A stretch of DNA of 64,000 nucleotides from Polyangiales bacterium (GTDB taxonomy: Bacteria > Myxococcota_A > Polyangia > Polyangiales > Houyiibacteriaceae): assembly GCA_045106895.1 (NCBI GenBank), contig JBGCFM010000039.1, forward strand, positions 128,001-192,000, in the 5' to 3' direction. Numbering within the stretch: position 1 is the first letter of the stretch; each line of letters begins with the position of its first letter. The position numbers and the translations under genes were made by a program. This document shows, in pieces, positions 36,301-45,203 of the stretch. The notes beneath the pieces are model-generated. The model ran no database searches. It worked only from the letters and a program-made list of their open reading frames with translations, and had not been told where the DNA came from.

Positions 36301-38322
36301 TTAGAGCGCGTCGCTACAGCAGCCGCCGATGCAGGCGCCGTCACAGATTTGCTTCGGCCCGGGCACGCAGGAGCTCTCGCCGCACACCGAACATTGCATC
36401 CCGTCAAAGGCCACGCAGGAACGCGAGTCAAGGCCCGGGGCGCCGGACCCGCACACTCCGCCGGTGCAAATCTGTGGCGTGCAGGTACGTGACTGCGTCG
36501 CGTCCATGCAGTCTGTAGTCGTGCAGGCGCCGTAAGCCCCGCAGCTTGGCGCGGCGCAAACGGTGCCGTTTGCAGCGAGGCTATTTCCGGGACACGTCGC
36601 GCCACTCCCCGTGCAGCTCTCGGCGACGTCGCAGGCGTTGACCGCTCCCCGGCACGTGAAAGACGGGGGCCGAAAAGCGTTGCTCGGGCATCCCGCGCTG
36701 CCGCCGGAACAGGTCTCAGCGACGTCGCAAGCCCCGGCCGTGGGGCGACACTCAAAGGACGAGGGCCGAAAGTCGTTGCCGGGACACAAGGCGCTGCCTC
36801 CCGAGCACGTCTCGGCGACGTCACAGGGGCCGCCAGAGGCTCGGCACTCGAAGGACGAGGGCCGGAATCCGTCGCTGGGGCACCCTGCGCTGCCGCCGCT
36901 GCACGTCTCGGCCACGTCACAGGACCCGGCGGAAGGTCGACACTCGGAACTCGACGAGCGGAACGTGTCCGACGGACAGCTCGTTCCGGAACCGGTGCAT
37001 GTTTCGGCGACATCGCAGACGCCGGCCGAAGCGCGGCACTCGAATGCGCCGCCACGAAACGAGTCCGCGGGGCAGCCTGGGCCACTCCCTGGGCAAAACT
37101 CCGCCACGTCGCAGCCGCCGGATGCCGCGCGACACTCGCTCGTGCCGCCGCGGAACCCATCGGCTGGGCAAGCTGCGCTGTCTCCGGTGCAGCTCTCGGC
37201 GATGTCGCAGGGGCCGGCGGAGGGACGACACTCGACGGCTCCGCGGAAGCCCGTCACCTCGCAGCTTGGCGTGCCTTCGGCGTCGCAGCGCGTCGTCCCC
37301 GTCGCGCACTCATTCCCAGCGCCTTCGGGGTCGCACGCCGCGCCAGCAGCGCAGGCGCCGCAGGTCTGGCCGTTGCAGAAACCCGCGCTGCACTCGGTCC
37401 CCACGGGGAGCGCGTCGTCCACGGGGCAAGTCGGCGCGACCCCATCGCAGGTCTCCTCTGCATCGCACTCGCCGTCCGCCGGGCGGCAGACGAAGGTGTC
37501 CGGCCGTGGTCCGGCGGAGACACACTCGGGCGTGCCCGAAGAGCAATCCGTGACGCCGAGTTCGCACGCGTTTCCAATGTCGCAAGCTTCGCCATCGTTG
37601 CAGACAATTCCGCTGTCGAAGCCAGCGTCCAACGGGCCGCTGTCTGCTCCGCCGTCCACGCTGCTGTCGGCGCCGCCGTCCGCCCCGCCGTCCGCACCCG
37701 CATCTGCGCCAGCGTCCGGAAACGCAACGGACACGCAACCGCGCCCTGGAACGCACGCTTCGGCAGCGCCGCAGATGTCCTGGATGGGCGAGAAGAGACA
37801 CTCGCCGGCCGTGCACAGAACCTCGCCACACGCCTCGATGATCTGCGGGCACTCTTCAGCGCTCTGGCACACGCTCTCGCCGCACGCCTCAGGCGTTTCC
37901 GGCGAACACTGCGGAGTCACGCACACGCCGTTATCACACTGGGTGGCGTCCGCTGCGCCGGCGCCGGGACACGCAACGTTCACGCAGCTTCGCGTCAGTA
38001 CGATGGTCGCCGAGGCGGGCCCGTTGATGGTCACCGCCACGCTTCGCCGAAGCACACGCTCGCCGCTTGGCCCAAGGAGCGTCGCCGTCAGCAACGCTTC
38101 CGCCGGAAGCGTCTCGTCAAAATCCGCGACGGAGATCCCGCGAACGAAGTCGTCGCCGGCGTTCGGCGTGTAGCGGCGGATCAACCCCTCCGTCTCGATG
38201 GAGATCTCCGAGAACTCCACACCAGGCACAAAGTCCGTTCGAACGCTGACGCGCAGAAAACTCTCGGAGTCCCCGCCGCAGGCAAAGAGGAGGAGTGTGA
38301 GACCAAGGGGGGCGTACTTCAC
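36301..38322 (-). CDS. Cys-rich surface lipoprotein with tandem disintegrin-like repeats
   Basis: Lipobox LFAC; seven tandem 32-aa units 'CR..AG.CDVAE.C.G.S..CP.D' plus one isolated unit. Confidence 0.85.
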   Translation of the reverse strand: MKYAPLGLTLLLFACGGDSESFLRVSVRTDFVPGVEFSEISIETEGLIRRYTPNAGDDFVRGISVADFDETLPAEALLTATLLGPSGERVLRRSVAVTINGPASATIVLTRSCVNVACPGAGAADATQCDNGVCVTPQCSPETPEACGESVCQSAEECPQIIEACGEVLCTAGECLFSPIQDICGAAEACVPGRGCVSVAFPDAGADAGADGGADGGADSSVDGGADSGPLDAGFDSGIVCNDGEACDIGNACELGVTDCSSGTPECVSAGPRPDTFVCRPADGECDAEETCDGVAPTCPVDDALPVGTECSAGFCNGQTCGACAAGAACDPEGAGNECATGTTRCDAEGTPSCEVTGFRGAVECRPSAGPCDIAESCTGDSAACPADGFRGGTSECRAASGGCDVAEFCPGSGPGCPADSFRGGAFECRASAGVCDVAETCTGSGTSCPSDTFRSSSSECRPSAGSCDVAETCSGGSAGCPSDGFRPSSFECRASGGPCDVAETCSGGSALCPGNDFRPSSFECRPTAGACDVAETCSGGSAGCPSNAFRPPSFTCRGAVNACDVAESCTGSGATCPGNSLAANGTVCAAPSCGAYGACTTTDCMDATQSRTCTPQICTGGVCGSGAPGLDSRSCVAFDGMQCSVCGESSCVPGPKQICDGACIGGCCSDAL
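36562..37233. repeat. Seven 96-bp coding tandem repeats (disintegrin-like units)
   Basis: Exact 96-bp period read from the translation and checked at both ends. Confidence 0.85.
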
Positions 38323-38436
38323 GCCACCATCGTATCAGACGCTACGACTACGACATCCACGAACGTTTCGTCCCCGCCGGGAGGCCGACCACTAGACCCG
38401 AAATTCCTCAACAAGAACGCGGCCAAACGTGGGAGC

Positions 38437-39639
38437 TCAGAGTTCCCCGCGTTTCTCCAGCGCATCCACGGCCTCCCGCCAGGCATCGTCGCCCTCGGCC
38501 TCGAGGACGCTCGCAAGGCGAGGGTCCGCCGACTCCCGCGCGATGTTCTCGACCAGCTCCGGCGCGTCGTCCTTGAGCGCCGCCAAGACCGCCACCCGCA
38601 CGCGTAGCGGCCCTTTCCCGTGCGCCGCCGCGAGGACACGTTCCTTCGAGATGGCCGGCGCCCGAAAGTCTCCGCCGCGGAAGAGCGCCGCCACCCGGCG
38701 AAGCCAAGCATGTACATCCTCGCCCACGCAGCGTTCCAGCGCCGCCTCGCTGATGGGCGCCTCCGCGTTGATGAGCCCAATGACGCGGTCTTCGAGAGCC
38801 AAAGCGAGCTCCTTGGGGAGACGGACTTTCGCGTGACCTTCTTTGCCCGCGTGAGTCCAAGTCACCCGTCTGTGCGTGCATTGAAAGCTCGTCAGTTTGT
38901 CGAGGGAATAGAAACGTTTCCCCACGCGAATGCCATCCTTCGCGATGATGAGTCGTCTTCCTCGACGCCAGAACGCCGTCGCCACCATCGCCACGGAGAA
39001 CGCGCCGAACCCAGCCCCAAAAGGAAGCCCAATGAGCTCTTCGACGAGAGCAACAAAGAACCCTCCGGCCAGAACAAGCACGATCGGGTTCAACAACACA
39101 GAGGTCGAGAAGCGGCTCAGGTCCGCCGGCGTCGGCACGAGCTCCACCGGCGAGTCCCGTAGACAAGACGGGAAGAGTGCGCCCACCTGTATGGCCTCCA
39201 CATCGCGAAAGAAGAGCAGCTCGATGACGTCACCACTGCGGAGAACGAGCCAGGTGGTCTTGGCAAAGGCGAGCACCGACTGAATGTCCTGAAGGCGAAC
39301 GCGCTGCCGATCGCGCCCTTCGAGCAACACCGCATCTTCATCCACTTCGACACTGTTGAACCAGCGCTCAAGGCCCATCAACCACGTTACGAATGCGCTA
39401 ACGCTGAGAGTGACCAGCGTTCCCACGAGGGGGCCAAGGACGAGGTAGCCGAGATTGTCCGGTGTGGGGCCGAGACGTCCCTCCATCATGCTTGAGATGG
39501 AGAACCCCGCCAGCAGCGTGCCCGCCATGGCCCAAGCGAGGTTAGAGCATCGCCTCCGAAAGCCGCGGGCCAAGCGTCGAAAACGACCGGACACCGTCAC
39601 CGCTGAAGAGTCGTGGCTCTTGTGCATCCCGTCCGTCAT
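38437..39639 (-). CDS. Hypothetical membrane protein, paralog 1 of tandem triplet
   Basis: LARGFRRRCSNLAW N-terminus, TM pairs, C-terminal FRAPAISKERVLAAAHGKGPLRVRVA. Confidence 0.75.
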   Translation of the reverse strand: MTDGMHKSHDSSAVTVSGRFRRLARGFRRRCSNLAWAMAGTLLAGFSISSMMEGRLGPTPDNLGYLVLGPLVGTLVTLSVSAFVTWLMGLERWFNSVEVDEDAVLLEGRDRQRVRLQDIQSVLAFAKTTWLVLRSGDVIELLFFRDVEAIQVGALFPSCLRDSPVELVPTPADLSRFSTSVLLNPIVLVLAGGFFVALVEELIGLPFGAGFGAFSVAMVATAFWRRGRRLIIAKDGIRVGKRFYSLDKLTSFQCTHRRVTWTHAGKEGHAKVRLPKELALALEDRVIGLINAEAPISEAALERCVGEDVHAWLRRVAALFRGGDFRAPAISKERVLAAAHGKGPLRVRVAVLAALKDDAPELVENIARESADPRLASVLEAEGDDAWREAVDALEKRGEL

Positions 39640-39667
39640 CGCGGGTTTCCAGGCGAGATGACATCAC

Positions 39668-40867
39668 TCAAAGCTGCCCCTCTCGCTCGAGTGCTTCCAC
39701 GGTCTTGCGCCAGTCTTCTTCGTCATCCGCGGCTTCGAGCACCCGCACAAAGCGCGGATCCGCGGCCTGGAGGCGGATGTCTTCGACGAGCTCCGGAGCC
39801 TCGTCCTTAAGCGCCGCGACGACGGCGACGCGCACACGCAACGAGCCCTTCCCGTGCGCCGCTGCGAGCACTCGCTCCTTCGAGATGGCGGGCTCCCGAA
39901 AGTCGCCACCGCGAAAGAGCCCCGTCACGCGACGGAGCCAAGCATGAACGCCTTCACCCTCGCGGCGCTCCAGGGCGTCGTCCGTCGGGGCTTCACCGGC
40001 GATGAGCGCGCGCACGCGGTGCTCGAGGGCGAGGTCTAGACCCTCCGGGAGCCGCACCTTGACGAGCCCCGCCTTGCCCGCGTGCGTCCACGACACGCTG
40101 CTCTGCGTACACGTAAAGTGCGTGAGCTTGTCGAGGGAGTAGAAGCGAGACCCGACGCGGATGCCGTCGCTTGCGACGACGAGGCGACTGCCGCGCCGCC
40201 ACAGCGCCGAAGAGAGCATCGCCAAGGACAGGACGCCAAACCAAGCGGCGAAGGGCACCCCCAAGAACTCCTCGGCGATGCTCGCCACAAAACTCCCGGC
40301 GAGAAAGAGCACCATGGGCTGCCGGGCCCCCGCCGGCGTCGGCACGAGCTCCAAGGGGGCTCGGCGCAGCGAAGAAGGAAAGAGCGCCGCAGCGCGCTTG
40401 GCATCGGCATCGCGCGAGAAGAGCAGATGAACCACGTCGCCGTTGTGCAGCACGAGCCATGCGTTCTTGCCGGAGGACACCACGCCTTGAATGTCCTGGA
40501 GGCGCAGAGTGCGCTCCCCAGGTCCGCCAACCTTGAGCGTGTCTCCGTCGACTTCGATGGTACGAAACCAGCGCTGGTGCTTTCTCGTCCGGGAGACGAG
40601 GGCGCTCACGGTGGTGGTCAGCAGCGCGCCGAGGCCCGCGAAGATGAGCAGAGTACCGAGAATGTCCGGGAGCTCGTAGCGCCGCTCGACCATGGACGAC
40701 GCGACGAGGCCCGCCAGAGCGGAGCCTCCGAGGGCCCAAGCGAGGTTGGAGCACCGGCGCCGAAATCCGCGGGCCAGCGTACGAAACCGAAAGACGATGG
40801 AGCTCGGCCCCGTCGTCTCACCGACCTTCTCACCAGCTTTTTCCTCGACGCTCTCGTCTCGGCTCAT
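39668..40867 (-). CDS. Hypothetical membrane protein, paralog 2 of tandem triplet
   Basis: Same motifs as paralog 1; near-identical C-terminus. Confidence 0.75.
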   Translation of the reverse strand: MSRDESVEEKAGEKVGETTGPSSIVFRFRTLARGFRRRCSNLAWALGGSALAGLVASSMVERRYELPDILGTLLIFAGLGALLTTTVSALVSRTRKHQRWFRTIEVDGDTLKVGGPGERTLRLQDIQGVVSSGKNAWLVLHNGDVVHLLFSRDADAKRAAALFPSSLRRAPLELVPTPAGARQPMVLFLAGSFVASIAEEFLGVPFAAWFGVLSLAMLSSALWRRGSRLVVASDGIRVGSRFYSLDKLTHFTCTQSSVSWTHAGKAGLVKVRLPEGLDLALEHRVRALIAGEAPTDDALERREGEGVHAWLRRVTGLFRGGDFREPAISKERVLAAAHGKGSLRVRVAVVAALKDEAPELVEDIRLQAADPRFVRVLEAADDEEDWRKTVEALEREGQL

Positions 40868-40877
40868 CGGGCGCGCT

Positions 40878-42047
40878 TCACTCCAGAACCCCTTCTCGTT
40901 CCAGGCGGTCCACTACGCGTCGCCATCCCTCCGGCGAGCCCTGGGCAGCCTTCGCGGCCTTCTCGAGGCGCGGATCCGCGCTCACCGCGAGGAGCTCCTC
41001 GGCGAGCTCCGGGTCTTCGTCCATGAGCCCCGCTAGCGCTGCCACGCGAACCCGGAGCGGGGACTTGGGATGAAGCGCCGCCACACGAACGCGCTCCTTC
41101 TGCATTCCGGGGTTTCGAAAGCTCGTCTCGCGAACCGCGCTTCGCACGCGTTCGAGCCACACGTGCACCTCTTCGCCTTCCTCTCGTCGAAGCACATCAT
41201 CACTGACGGCCTCCGTCTTGAGGCGCTCGGCGAACTCCGAGTGGAGCGCCGCGGCCAACTGAGGGGACATGCGGACTTTGGCGCTCACGCTCTCGCCGTC
41301 CTTTCGCGTGATGCTGACGCGCTCTTTGGCCACCTGGACCGACGCGATTTCGCCGAGGGGCACAAACACCTTCCCGAGGCGAACGCCGTCGTGTCCCAAC
41401 ACGAAGTTCTCTCCACGCAACGCCATCCCTAGACGCCCCGCCGCGAGAATCGCCGTCGCGATGACCATGGATGCGACGTAGACCTGCGGCTCCGCGGAGA
41501 CGCCCGCCACCGACATCGTGATCCCGCAAGTGCCGCCCATCGTGGCCAACGCCAGAGGACCCGTCGTGGCAGTCGGATGAGGCACCAGCTCAATGCGACC
41601 GTCACCGATCTGACTGCGCACGCTAGCTTCAAAAGCTTCCGCCTCTTCCTCCGCGTCGAAGGTGAACTCGTGCACATTCGCATTGCGCAAGACAACCCAG
41701 ACGCGATCCCGATGGCGTAACACGCCGCCGACCTCGTCATAGGCGTAGCCCCGTGACCGTCCCTTTTCTTCGAAGCGGACACCTTCTGAATCCGCAGACA
41801 CGCTCACGGGCCGAGCCCAGTAGGACAAGACCGACGCGGCGAAGGCCGCGAGGGCCGCCAGAATAGACAGACAGATGCCCGCCGTCACGCCCGCCGCGAG
41901 AAGATCCGGGAGGCGGCGTAGCGGCAGCATGTTGCGCACCAGAGCGCCGACGATGAGCGCCAGCGCGCTCCCTCCACCCAGCCCCCAGGCGAGGTTCGAG
42001 AGACGCCGACGAAGACCGCGGGCGAAACGTCGGAGCTGAGCCTTCAT
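40878..42047 (-). CDS. Hypothetical membrane protein, paralog 3 of tandem triplet
   Basis: FARGLRRRLSNLAW, ELVP.P, PLRVRVAALA, ADPRL; more diverged than the other two. Confidence 0.75.
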   Translation of the reverse strand: MKAQLRRFARGLRRRLSNLAWGLGGGSALALIVGALVRNMLPLRRLPDLLAAGVTAGICLSILAALAAFAASVLSYWARPVSVSADSEGVRFEEKGRSRGYAYDEVGGVLRHRDRVWVVLRNANVHEFTFDAEEEAEAFEASVRSQIGDGRIELVPHPTATTGPLALATMGGTCGITMSVAGVSAEPQVYVASMVIATAILAAGRLGMALRGENFVLGHDGVRLGKVFVPLGEIASVQVAKERVSITRKDGESVSAKVRMSPQLAAALHSEFAERLKTEAVSDDVLRREEGEEVHVWLERVRSAVRETSFRNPGMQKERVRVAALHPKSPLRVRVAALAGLMDEDPELAEELLAVSADPRLEKAAKAAQGSPEGWRRVVDRLEREGVLE

Positions 42048-42065
42048 GCGCGAGTTCCCAAGGTC

Positions 42066-42722
42066 CTACTCGGCTTCGAAGCCCGCCGCTTTGTGCGCGC
42101 CATCGCAGAAAGGTTTGTTCTTGGACTGACCACAACGGCAGAGCGCAGCCCGGGTTCCCGTCCACGCGACGCGGCCTGCGGCGGTGGTGATGGAGAAGTT
42201 GCCCGACAAGAGAAGTGGTCCGTTCGGGGCTTTCTTGATGTCGAGGACCCCACCCGCCTCCGTCACGCCGTCGCCACTCATGCCCACGGCGCCGTAGTCT
42301 TTGAAGCCCGCGGCTTCGTGGCTGTTGTCACAGAAGGGCTTGTTCTTGGACTCGCCGCACCGGCAAAGGGCCGCGCGAAATGCGGTTCCTTTCATGTCCT
42401 CCGCAGCGCCCGCGATCTTGAGCTCCCCTCGCACGTAGAGGGGGCCATGATTCGCGACGACAACGCGGTTGCTCTCCGGCGCGACCTCTTCGGCGCCGCC
42501 GTCTTTCCGCGCGTAGCTCAGAGCGCCCGTCGGACAGCGCTCGCACACCACCGTCGCCTCGCCAAGCTGCACGAGGTCCGGCTGACACCAAGGGTCCCGC
42601 CCGCCAACGAAGAGCTCTCCCTCCGCACGCCCGCACTCGCCAACATGAATGCACAGACGACGGTCCCAAGACACGTCGACTTCTTTGCCTTCATACGTGT
42701 GGATATTCTTCTTCTCGCTCAT
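42066..42722 (-). CDS. CDGSH iron-sulfur protein with N-terminal divergent 4Fe-4S domain
   Basis: CIHVGEC...CPTGALSY, followed by two ALCRCG.SKNKPFCD[NG][SA]H motifs. Confidence 0.93.
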   Translation of the reverse strand: MSEKKNIHTYEGKEVDVSWDRRLCIHVGECGRAEGELFVGGRDPWCQPDLVQLGEATVVCERCPTGALSYARKDGGAEEVAPESNRVVVANHGPLYVRGELKIAGAAEDMKGTAFRAALCRCGESKNKPFCDNSHEAAGFKDYGAVGMSGDGVTEAGGVLDIKKAPNGPLLLSGNFSITTAAGRVAWTGTRAALCRCGQSKNKPFCDGAHKAAGFEAE

Positions 42723-42828
42723 TGCACACCTCGCGCTCGATGGTTCAGTCCAGCGACTCTAACGCGAATCATGGCTCGTTTGTCGCCCGCAACGTTCGCC
42801 CGACATCGGGCCACTCAGCATTGAACGC

Positions 42829-43944
42829 TCACTCGGGAAGAGCCCGAACCCAGATCCCCTTGTCGAAGACGAGGTTCGAAGACGCCACGTAAACGCGCCG
42901 CTCGGCCCAATCGACACCGAGAGTGCGCACCTGAACGCCGAGAAGTCCCAGAGCGACCCAACTTCGTCCGCCGTCACGGGTGAAGTGCACATCCTCCCCC
43001 CAGCTCCCGGCGACGGCTTCCTCGCCGTTGGCAGGGTTCACGACGATCTCGCGAACGTCGCTGCAGGGCGGGGAGCGCACCTCGAAACTGTCGCCGTCTC
43101 CGACGAACAGATGACTCGCCCCGAAGCGAACGGAGAGCGACGCATAAAACAGACCGCCTCCGCCGCTGACATCCCAGAAACCGCGCTCGAGATTCGGCGG
43201 CGAGACCTCTTCGTAGGCGCCGCCCGCCGAGAGCCACCAGAGCTCGCCGCCCACAGCGAGAGCTCGACCGCGTGTCAACGCCGCGTCCGTGACACGGCCC
43301 ACCGGCGGAGACGAAGCCGCGCTGTCGTCAAGACGTCCCGCCACGACCACAAGCTGACGTCCGCCTTCGCGAGCGGCGGCGGCGATGGGGCCGCTCATCC
43401 GTGGTTCCGCGTCCCAACGTGAGCTTCGATGTACGAACACAGCCCCGGCGTCGCGAGGAGCCACCCAAAGCTCATCGCCATCGCTGCCGAGGAGAAACGT
43501 GAAGCCACCTGGACGCTCTTCCCGCGTCCACGCGCCACCGTCGAAGGTGCGCATGCCGTGGCCATCGACGACGACGAGGCCCCGCTCTTCGCTGAAGGTC
43601 ACGGCGAGGTCCGAGCCCGAGTCGAGGAGTCGCGTCCAGGCGGCATCGTGCGGCCAACACAGCTGCGTGATCCCGATGGCTAGGCATAGAGCGTGAAACG
43701 TAGCGCTCGCCCACGTCAGGCGCTTTGAAGTTTGCTTTGAGAAGAACGTCTCGAGTGCAGTCCGCAGCGAGACCACGTCCATCAACAGCCCGAGCGCACT
43801 CAGGAGTAGCGTCGCGCCGACCAGCCAAGCGGCCATGCTCCAGAGAGGCCCGACCCAAAGAAAGAGAGCAACCACCGCGAAGCGAAAGAGGTGGACGGCG
43901 CGGGCGACGCCGACGACCTTGCTCATCAAGCGAGCGTCCGTCAT
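42829..43944 (-). CDS. Membrane-anchored beta-propeller (BNR/Asp-box-like) protein
   Basis: Three N-terminal TM helices; TFDGGAW and TRDGGRSW Asp-boxes. Confidence 0.65.
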   Translation of the reverse strand: MTDARLMSKVVGVARAVHLFRFAVVALFLWVGPLWSMAAWLVGATLLLSALGLLMDVVSLRTALETFFSKQTSKRLTWASATFHALCLAIGITQLCWPHDAAWTRLLDSGSDLAVTFSEERGLVVVDGHGMRTFDGGAWTREERPGGFTFLLGSDGDELWVAPRDAGAVFVHRSSRWDAEPRMSGPIAAAAREGGRQLVVVAGRLDDSAASSPPVGRVTDAALTRGRALAVGGELWWLSAGGAYEEVSPPNLERGFWDVSGGGGLFYASLSVRFGASHLFVGDGDSFEVRSPPCSDVREIVVNPANGEEAVAGSWGEDVHFTRDGGRSWVALGLLGVQVRTLGVDWAERRVYVASSNLVFDKGIWVRALPE

Positions 43945-45107
43945 CGCCAGAGCGGCAAAACAGGCACGTGCCGGCTGCGCACCGGTCGATGGTCGGACAC
44001 GCGATCCACGTACTCCTCCACGCGCGTCTCCGCGGCGAAGGCTTCGATGAAGAGCGGCGGAAAGTTCAGCGCGGCGTCGTCGGTGCTCACCACGTGGTCG
44101 ATGAGTCCGCGGAAGCGCTCGGGGATGTAGGAGTACGCGCCAACGTCCGCCAAAGGCTGCGTCAAGATGGTGTATGCGCCGCTTCGAAACGGCGCAAAGA
44201 CGTCATCTTCCGGGGCGTCCAAAAGGTGGTCGTTGAAGTCACCCACGATGAAGACGTTCGGCGTGACTGTTTCGCTGTGCTCCGCGACCCACGCCTCGAG
44301 CTGCTGTATCGCGTCGCGGCGTCGAGACTCGCTCCTCTCGTCCCCGCGCGCCTTAAGGTGGACCACCACCATGGTGAACAGCCCGTGTCCGACGCGGCCC
44401 GTCATCGAGAAGGTGATAGCCATAGGTGAGCGCGGAAACGCCCAGGTGTCCTCCACAAAGAGCGAGCGTACGTCTTCGATAAACACGCGGTCACTTCGGT
44501 AGGCGAAGGCGACGGCGGTGTCTCGGCCGTTCTGCTGTCCGACGAACCCTTCATAGTTCGGAAGTGAGTCGATCATCTCCGCGTACGTCACGCGGTTGAG
44601 AATCTCTTGAAAGCCCACCACCGTCGGCGCGAGCTCACCGAGCACGGTTCGTACGGCCGGAACCGTGTATTCGCTGCCGGGAAAGTTCTCTACGTTCCAG
44701 CTGAGGATCTCGATGGGTGGTTCGCACAAGCCGCGTACGTCGCAGGCTTCCGCTTCAAACGCCTCCCAAGCCGCGACGCCAACATAAGGAACGTCATCAA
44801 GCTGGTCTTGGTCTGTGATCGGTCGTGCGTCCGCGACGCCGGCGGCGACCTCTGCCTCGACGAGCTCCTCAAGCACACGCAGCGTGGTGTCCGGCGCGTT
44901 GATGAGGGAGAGAACACCCCGGAGCTCATCCTCACTGATGTCCAAACCGTCGAAGGTCTCATCCACCTCCACGAGGGGCGCCTCTTCCAGCGACACCACG
45001 TTCATCTGTGCGCAGGCGCCGGCTAGACAAAGGACCAGCACGGCAAGGAGGCGCGTGATGCCGCGTGCTGCATTCAAGCTTTTACTGGGGTGCTGATCAT
45101 CCATCAC
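43941..45107 (-). CDS. Endonuclease/exonuclease/phosphatase (DNase I-like) lipoprotein with HhH-like N-terminal module
   Basis: Lipobox LAGAC; SWNVENF, GFQEI, VHLKA, GDFND, IDHV, SDHRPV; upstream LDDVPYVG HhH-like motif. Confidence 0.88.
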   Translation of the reverse strand: MMDDQHPSKSLNAARGITRLLAVLVLCLAGACAQMNVVSLEEAPLVEVDETFDGLDISEDELRGVLSLINAPDTTLRVLEELVEAEVAAGVADARPITDQDQLDDVPYVGVAAWEAFEAEACDVRGLCEPPIEILSWNVENFPGSEYTVPAVRTVLGELAPTVVGFQEILNRVTYAEMIDSLPNYEGFVGQQNGRDTAVAFAYRSDRVFIEDVRSLFVEDTWAFPRSPMAITFSMTGRVGHGLFTMVVVHLKARGDERSESRRRDAIQQLEAWVAEHSETVTPNVFIVGDFNDHLLDAPEDDVFAPFRSGAYTILTQPLADVGAYSYIPERFRGLIDHVVSTDDAALNFPPLFIEAFAAETRVEEYVDRVSDHRPVRSRHVPVLPLWR

Positions 45108-45203
45108 GCGTGGCTCTTATCGTAGTGCCTTTTGTTGCAAGTGACGATGGGCTGCGAGCGGACTGTCTCAATGACCATGCTCAATGAGACAATCGAGGGC
45201 GGC

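Noticed and set aside
36562..37233. Regularly spaced repeats as a possible CRISPR array
   Set aside because: The 96-bp units are in-frame coding repeats without unique spacers, and no cas genes are present.
36563..38173. 536-aa plus-strand repetitive ORF
   Set aside because: Antisense mirror of the disintegrin-repeat lipoprotein.
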